From assembly GCA_950097015.1 (NCBI GenBank), contig CATNEN010000038.1, positions 19,096,001 to 19,160,000 of the forward strand: DNA of 64,000 bases. Direction: 5' to 3'. This DNA is from Macrostomum hystrix (lineage: Eukaryota; Animalia; Platyhelminthes). This document shows, piece by piece, positions 56,405 through 64,000 of this stretch. The notes under the pieces were generated by a model. It saw only the letters and a list, made by a program, of their open reading frames with translations, did no database searches and was not told the DNA's origin. A program made the position numbers and the translations under genes. Within the stretch, counting starts at the first letter, position 1, and each line of letters begins with the position of its first letter.

Positions 56405-57000
56405 TGACAGTAGGAGTGACAGCAGGAGTGACAGTAGGAATGACAGTAGGAGTGACAGTAGGAGTGACAGTAGGAGTGACAGTAGGAGTGACAGTAGGAG
56501 TGACAGTAGGAGTGACAGTAGGAGTGACAGTAGGAGTGACGGTGGGAGTGACAGTAGGAGTGACAGTAGGAGTGACAGTAGGAGTGACAGTAGGAGTGAC
56601 AGTAGGAGTGACAGTAGGAGTGCCAGTAGGAGTGCCAGTAGGAGTGCCAGTAGGAGTGACGGTGGGAGTGACGGTGGGAGTGACGGTGGGAGTGACGGTG
56701 GGAGTGACAGTAGGAGTGACAGCAGGAGTGATAGTAGGAGTGACAGCAGGAGTGACAGTAGGAGTGACAGTAGGAGTGACAGTAGGAGTGACAGTAGGAG
56801 TGACAGTAGGAGTGACAGTAGGAGTGACAGTAGGAGTGACAGTTGGAGTGACAGTAGGAGTGACAGTAGGAGTGACAGTAGGAGTGACAGTAGGAGTGAC
56901 AGTAGGAGTGACAGTAGGAGTGACAGTAGGAGTGACAGTAGGAGTGACAGTAGGAGTGACAGTAGGAGTGACAGTAGGAGTGACAGTAGGAGTGACAGCG
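56405..57000. repeat. 12-bp minisatellite (gacagtaggagt)
   Basis: Direct tandem units just 3' of the hydrolase stop codon. Confidence 0.95.
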
Positions 57001-57669
57001 AAGAGCACAATAGTTTAGGATCAACTGTAGAATTGCACTGCAGTTACACACGGAAGCTGCATAGAAGTAAGTCAATAACGCCAACTTTCATGCTAGCCCT
57101 TTCGTGTTGACACTCGAGTGACACAATTTCTCCCAGTGTTTGAGCAATGGCAAGCGCAGTGATTTTTGTCAATTGTTATTTTTCTTCTCTGTTATTACAA
57201 AACTGACTTTAATTGCTTTTTTCTCCTTGTCGCGATGTCTTGAGCTGAAATCAAATTTTCTTGTCATTCTATGCGAGTATTTTAGTCAGTGTTGTACAAT
57301 GCTTAACAAGAAATCATTATTATTTTTTTGTAACTGGAGTATCACTGTTGTACATTTCCTCAGATATTTGTTTATTGATGTTATTGTTGTACATGTGGCT
57401 TAAAAATATATAATAACTACAACAAACAATCACTGCCTTACCTTGACACCCGCTGTAGGTCGCATATGTATCACAGGCCGCTGAAACATTTCGGATTTTC
57501 ATTTATTTTGGACAATAGGAGCAACAGTAAAATTTCTAGCAGCAACAGCCGATTCAAAACACAAATTAGTATAACAATTAAATTTGCAACACATTGTTTT
57601 CGAAGGACAGTAATTAGGGTTACGACAACAAACACACATTTACTTACTTCTTACGACCAGACACAATGC

Positions 57670-58965
57670 TTTAGCTACTAGTGATGACCTGACACATACC
57701 TTTAGCTACTAGTGATGACCTGACACATACCTTTAGCTACTAGTGATGACCTGACACATACCTTTAGCTACTAGTGATGACCTGACACATACCTTTAGCT
57801 ACTAGTGATGACCTGACACATACCTTTAGCTACTAGTGATGACCTGACACATACCTTTAGCTACTAGTGATGACCTGACACATACCTTTAGCTACTAGTG
57901 ATGACCTGACACATACCTTTAGCTACTAGTGATGACCTGACACATACCTTTAGCTACTAGTGATGACCTGACACATACCTTTAGCTACTAGTGATGACCT
58001 GACACATACCTTTAGCTACCCCTAATGACCAGAAACATACCTTTAGCTACCCCTAATGACCAGAAACATACCTTTAGCTACCCCTAATGACCAGAAACAT
58101 ACCTTTAGCTACCCCTAATGACCAGAAACATACCTTTAGCTACCCCTAATGACCAGAAACATACCTTTAGCTAACCCTGATGACCAGAAACATACCTTTA
58201 GCTACCCCTGATGACCAGAAACATACCTTTAGCTACCCCTAATGACCAGAAACATACCTTTAGCTCTCCTGATGACCAGATACATACCATAGGGACTCCT
58301 GATGACCAGAAACATACATTTAGCTACCCCTAATGACCAGAAACATACCTTTAGCTACCCCTAATGACCAGAAACATACCTTTAGCTATCCCTGATGACC
58401 AGAAACATACCTTTAGCTACTCCTGATGAGCAGAAACATACTTTAGCTCTCCTGATGACCAGATACATACCATAGGGACTCCTGATGACCAGAAACATAC
58501 ATTTAGCTACCCCTAATGACCAGAAACATCCTTTAGCTACCCCTAATGACCAGAAACATACCTTTAGCTACCCCTGATGACCAGAAACATCCTTTAGCTA
58601 CCCCTAATGACCAGAAACATACCTTTAGCGACTCCTGATGACCAGTAACATACCTTTACCTACCCCTGATGACCAGAAACATACCTTTAGCTACCCCTGA
58701 TGACCAGAAACATACCTTTAGCTACCTCTAATGACCAGAAACATACCTTTAGCTACCCCTAATGACCAGAAACATACCTTTAGCTACCCGTAATGACCAG
58801 AAACATGCCTTTAGCTCTCCTGATGACCAGATACATACCATAGGGACTCCTAATGACCAGAAACATACCTTTAGCGACTCCTAATGACCAGAAACATACC
58901 TTTAGCTACTCCTAATGACTAGAAACATACCTTTAGCTACCCCTAATGACCAGAAACATACCTTT
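57670..58965. repeat. ~31-bp minisatellite with two sub-arrays (ctagtgatgacctgacacatacctttagcta, then cccctaatgaccagaaacatacctttagcta)
   Basis: Direct tandem units with an abrupt variant switch near 58020. Confidence 0.9.
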
Positions 58966-59313
58966 ATCACTCTTGCAGCAACAGCAAATCAATTGACTAT
59001 GAAAGCTATTCCGCAACCGTCTGCTTAATTGCCATGCTAAATTTAGCCCACTGAATTATAACCGTCTTCTAGAAGATTGTGTAAATTTTAGAAATTACAT
59101 GTGAAAGTTGGGGCGAAATGTACTTTTATTAGGATATCTAGTGCAGTAAGTAGGCAGTATCTTCTGCCCGATATAATACTCGTATACACGAACTTTGATA
59201 CTATTTTTAATGCCGAAAAATACGAAGCATATAGATATCTATACGGAACTTATAACAATAAACCTTCAGCTTACCTAAACGAATAACTTACGAGTAAATT
59301 ATAAAAAGTACGA

Positions 59314-59552
59314 GCCGACAGCACAGCCGCAGCTATTGCGCGGCGCATCTGAAGGCTGCGTACGGCTGTTCAGTCCATGGACTGGGGAGGACGCGGCATC
59401 CACCCTCAATTACCCTGCAGCTGATGCTGGTACCCATTTAACAGCTGGGTGAACTGAAGCACTGCAGAGTTGGATGCCTTGTTAGTTCCAGTGGATTTAG
59501 GAATCGAACCCCCGACCTTCAAGTCATGAGTCACTAGTCTACAACCCCAGTA
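59314..59552 (-). mobile_element. tRNA-derived SINE, family 1 (most complete copy)
   Basis: Minus-strand B box GGTTCGATTCC (59510-59500); central core CAGTTCACCCAGCTGTTAAATGGGTACC of the kind seen in metazoan core-domain SINEs; 3' part shared with copies at 25827, 17930 and 32386. Confidence 0.8.
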
Positions 59553-59957
59553 CAGAATTTGGCGATCGAGAATTGCGGAGGTACTCTGAATAGTACGCAA
59601 TGTTTAACAGCACACGCATCTAATTGCTTTTTTGGCACCGCGCGCGGTAACCGGGAGAGATTTGGGGAGCACGAATTGAAAACCGAAGGTGAGAGTGATC
59701 GAGAGTGAACCTGGAATATAGCGGTTTGGAGTGAAATCTCGGTCACGGCTCTGCGATCCCAACGAGAACGCCCACGCAATGGCATGATGGACAGGGGAAG
59801 ACAACTATAATATTGCTTCTCAATTCCGAAGCCATGGCTGATTAGACGAAACGATCTATTTTTAGAAATAATAGAAATCTCAAAGCTTAATATCGTGAAC
59901 GGACAACATACTGGAATAGTGCTAATGCGACTTTACGAATCCATAAATAAACTCGCC

Positions 59958-61390
59958 TACTGTCCTAATCTACTTCCGGTCTGTCTATAGATCTATTGTC
60001 CTAATCTACCTCCGGTCTGTCTATAGAACTATTGTCCTAATCTACCTCCGGTCTGACTATAGATCTATTGTTCTAATCTACCTCCGGTCTGTCTATAGAT
60101 CTATTGTCCTAATCTACTTCCGGTCTGTCTATAGATCTGTTGTCCTAATCTACCTCCGGTCTGTCTATAGATCTACTGTCCTAATCTACCTCCGGTCTGA
60201 CTATAGATCTATTGTTCTAATCTACCTCCGGTCTGTCTATAGATCTATTGTTCTAATCTACCTCCGGTCTGTCTATAGATCTACTGTCCTTATCTACCTC
60301 CGGTCTGTCTATAGAACTATTGTCCTAATCTACCTCCGGTCTGACTATAGATCTATTGTTCTAATCTACCTCCGGTCTGTCTATAGATCTATTGTCCTAA
60401 TCTACTTCCGGTCTGTCTATAGATCTGTTGTCCTAATCTACCTCCGGTCTGTCTATAGATCTATTGTCCTAATATACCTCCGGTCTGACTATAGATCTAT
60501 TGTTCTAATCTACTTCGGTCTGTCTATAGATCTACTGTCCTTATCTACCTCCGGTCTGTCTATAAATCTACTGTCCTTATCTACCTCCGGTCTGTCTATA
60601 AATCTACTGTCCTTATCTACCTCCGGTCTGTCTATAGATCTACTGTCCTTATCTACCTCCGGTCTGTCTATAAATCTACTGTCCTTATCTACCTCCGGTC
60701 TGTCTATAGATCTACTGTCCTTATCTACCCCCGGTCTGTCTATAAATCTACTGTCCTTATCTACCTCCGGTCTGTCTATAGATCTACTGTCCTAATCTAC
60801 CTCCGGTCTGTCTATAGATCTATTGTCCTAATCTACTTCCAGTCTGTCTATAGATCTATTGTCCTAATCTACCTCCGGTCTGTCTATAGATCCATTGTCC
60901 TAATCTACCTCCGGTCTGTCTATAGATCTATTGTCCTTATCTAAATCCGGTCTGTCTATAGATCTATTGTCCTAATATACCTCCGGTCTGTCTATAGATC
61001 TATTGTCCTAATCTACTTCCGGTCTGTCTATAGATCTATTGTCCTAATCTACCTCCGGTCTGTCTATAGATCTATTGTCCTTATCTACCTCCGGTCTGTC
61101 TATAAATCTACTGTCCTTATCTACCTCCGGTCTGTCTATAGATCTACTGTCCTTATCTACCTCCGGTCTGTCTATAAATCTACTGTCCTTATCTACCTCC
61201 GGTCTGTCTATAGATCTACTGTCCTTATCTACCTCCGGTCTGTCTATAAATCTACTGTCCTTATCTACCTCCGGTCTGTCTATAGATCTACTGTCCTAAT
61301 CTACCTCCGGTCTGTCTATAGATCTACTGTCCTTATCTACCTCCGGTCTGTCTATAGATCTACTGTCTTTATCTAACTCCGGTCTGTCAA
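59958..61390. repeat. 36-bp minisatellite (gatctactgtccttatctacctccggtctgtctata)
   Basis: Direct tandem units. Confidence 0.92.
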
Positions 61391-62057
61391 AAGAGTGCAT
61401 CAGCTCCATAGATAGCCCAAGTGTGCAGTACTGAATCTGTTATGCTGTTATGAATGCCATGTCATGCGTACATTGCTCTAAACACTAATTATAAGGAGAG
61501 AGAAGCCAAAACAAGAGATCAAGTGTATTTTGGCTTTTAATTAGGTTGTTTTTTTAGTTTTAGCATAACAAAATGTATGAAGTCCCTTGGTTTATTGCTT
61601 TTACAACAAAAATAATGATGATTTTCTTGTCGACTCTGGGGCCTGGATGGCGCCAATGCAAAATAAACATTTTTATTAAAAAAGTAGGTAAATTTAAATC
61701 TCTCCAAACACACCCCTTGACTGGCAAAGCTTAATTAAAGGATAATTTAGATAAAAAAGTCATTGAGATTTTAGATTGGTCAATGAGTGTACGTTTTTTG
61801 GCTGCATTTCTGGGTGTTTCATTGTGAATTTTTTAGATGGGGTGGGTGGCTGTGCGATTGGACTGCGCAACAAATGTAACGAAGATTAAAAAAATACAAA
61901 AGGTTTATTAAAAAGGTTCCTATATAACGTTCTTTCAGTTCTAGACTAGAACAACTACAAAATAGTATTTTCCTCATAAAAACCGTTTAATAAAAAATCA
62001 CTTACTTGCTACACTTGATGCAAACGTGTTTGAAAAAACCTACCGTAGTTCACTAAT

Positions 62058-63205
62058 AGTGTCAGTGAGTGTCAGTGAGTGTCAGTGAGTGTCAGTGAGT
62101 GTCAGTGATTGTCAGTGATTGTCAGTGAGTGTCAGTGATTGTCAGTGAGTGTCAGTGATTGTCAGTGAGTGTCAGTGAGTGTCAGTGAGTGTCAGTGAGT
62201 GTCAGTGAGTGTCAGTGAGTGTCAGTGAGTGTCAGTGATTGTCAGTGATTGTCAGTGAGTGTCAGTGATTGTCAGTGAGTGTCAGTGATTGTCAGTGAGT
62301 GTCAGTGAGTGTCAGTGAGTGTCAGTGAGTGTCAGTGAGTGTCAGTGAGTGTCAGTGAGTGTCAGTGAGTGTCAGTGAGTGTCAGTGATTGTCAGTGATT
62401 GTCAGTGAGTGTCAGTGATTGTCAGTGAGTGTCAGTGATTGTCAGTGAGTGTCAGTGAGTGTCAGTGAGTGTCAGTGAGTGTCAGTGATTGTCAGTGAGT
62501 GTCAGTGATTGTCAGTGAGTGTCAGTGAGTGTCAGTGATTGTCAGTGAGTGTCAGTGAGTGTCAGTGAGTGTCAGTGAGTGTCGGTGAGTGTCAGTGATT
62601 GTCAGTGATTGTCAGTGAGTGTCAGTGAGTGTCAGTGAGTGTCAGTGAGTGTCAGTGAGTGTCGGTGAGTGTAAGTGATTGTCAGTGAGTGAGCGTGTCT
62701 AATCGTGGGATGTGTCAGTGAGTGTCAGTGAGGGTGGGATGTGTCAGTGAGTGTCAGTGAGTGAGCGTGTCTAACCGTGGGATGTGTCAGTGAGTGTCAG
62801 TGAGGGTGGGATGTGTCAGTGAGTGAGCGTGTCTAACCGTGGGATGTGTCAGTGAGTGTCAGTGAGTGAGGGTAGGATGTGTCAGTGAGTGAGGTTAGGA
62901 TGTGTCAGTGAGTGAGGGTTTATAACAGTGGGATGTGTCAGTGAGTGAGGGTTTATAACAGTGGGATGTGTCAGTGAGTGAGGGTTTATACCAGTGGGAT
63001 GTGTCAGTGAGTGAGGGCTTATAACAGTGGGATGTGTCAGTGAGTGAGGGTTTATACCAGTGGGATGTGTCAGTGAGTGAGGGTTTATACCAGTGGGATG
63101 TGTCAGTGAGTGAGGGTTTATACCAGTGGGATGTGTCAGTGAGTGAGGGTTTATACCAGTGGGAAGTGTCAGTGAGTGAGGGTTTATACCAGTGGGATGT
63201 GTTAG
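62058..63205. repeat. 10-bp repeat (gtcagtgagt) grading into a 33-bp unit (gggatgtgtcagtgagtgagggtttataccagt)
   Basis: Direct tandem units. Confidence 0.92.
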
Positions 63206-63589
63206 TCATCTAAAAAGGTAAATTGCACTGTCTGCAGGTCGAGACAAACAGTCATAAAATAAATAGTTGTTATACTGTAAAAATTTCCTTTCTCAAAGTC
63301 ACGCCCCCGCAAAAATCAGTGCCCCCTAGAGAAAAACTAATAAATTTTGGGGCAGAACCTGGTTTCGTTATATCACCGAATTTCTAAACTAATACATGGA
63401 CTAGATGCAAGATTTAACTATACTCAATACGTGCTACAGACACAAACGGCCCAGTTTATTAAAAATATACAATCAGCGGCCTACTCATCACCAGCACGCG
63501 AGTACTTGAGTACCTTTCAAGTGAAAAACTCGTGGATAATCTGTTGCCAACACGGGTGTCGAAAATGCACTAGGGAATCGATAGAGATT

Positions 63590-64000
63590 AGGCATTAGAG
63601 TGAGACGCAGAGGTGAGATTAGCAGGGTTAGAGTGAGATACAGGTGAGATTAGCAGAGTTGGAGTGAGATACAGGTGAGATTAGCAGAGTTAGAGTGAGA
63701 TACAGGTGAGATTAGCAGGGTTAGAGTGAGATACAGGTGAGATTATCAGAGTCGGAGTGAGATACAGGTGAGATTAGCAGGGTTTGGTGAGATACAGGTG
63801 AGATTAGCAGGGTTGGAGTGAGATACAGGTGAGATTAGCAGAGTTGGAGTGAGATACAGGTGAGATTAGAAGGGTTGGGGTGAGATACAGGTGAGATTAG
63901 CAGAGTTGGAGTGAGATAAAGGTGAGATTAGCAGAGTTGGAGTGAGATACAGGTGAGATTAGCAGGGTTGGGGTGAGATACAGGTGAGATTAGCAGGGTT
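63590..64000. repeat. 31-bp minisatellite (gagtgagatacaggtgagattagcagagttg), truncated by the window end
   Basis: Direct tandem units. Confidence 0.9.

Noticed and set aside
57681-58020. GTGATGA/CTGA as snoRNA box C/D
   Set aside because: The boxes are adjacent within a perfect tandem repeat; no guide region or terminal stem.
58020-58965. CTGATGA-cca-GAAAC in some repeat units, resembling a tandem hammerhead core
   Set aside because: Only 3 nt between the core segments (no stem II), no consistent stem I/III pairing, and most units read CTAATGA.

Overview
Eukaryotic (invertebrate animal) genomic DNA: GC-rich exons separated by AT-rich introns and intergenic DNA packed with roughly 35 different tandem minisatellites. 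This style is consistent with a free-living flatworm such as Macrostomum (inference, not verified). Six spliced protein-coding genes can be assembled by hand with phase-consistent splice sites: akirin (+, 2 exons); a 14-exon kainate-type ionotropic glutamate receptor (+, 21422-39003) followed by a second, divergent copy of its last two exons (40220-41090) that splices in frame to the same donor; a 5-exon uncharacterised coiled-coil protein (+); a catalytically dead, membrane-anchored cholinesterase-like/neuroligin-like protein (+); a 3-exon uncharacterised protein (-); and a 5-exon monoacylglycerol-lipase-like alpha/beta hydrolase (+). Mobile DNA includes a hAT-type MITE with an 8-bp TSD, several copies of a tRNA-derived SINE, a second tRNA-SINE with a 13-bp TSD, and a tRNA-like element containing a decayed hammerhead ribozyme. 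A 2441-bp tandem segmental duplication lies at 10161-15770. Most long ORFs in the supplied track are translations of minisatellites. The most notable signal is the flip/flop-like alternative S2-M4-C-tail module of the kainate-type receptor.
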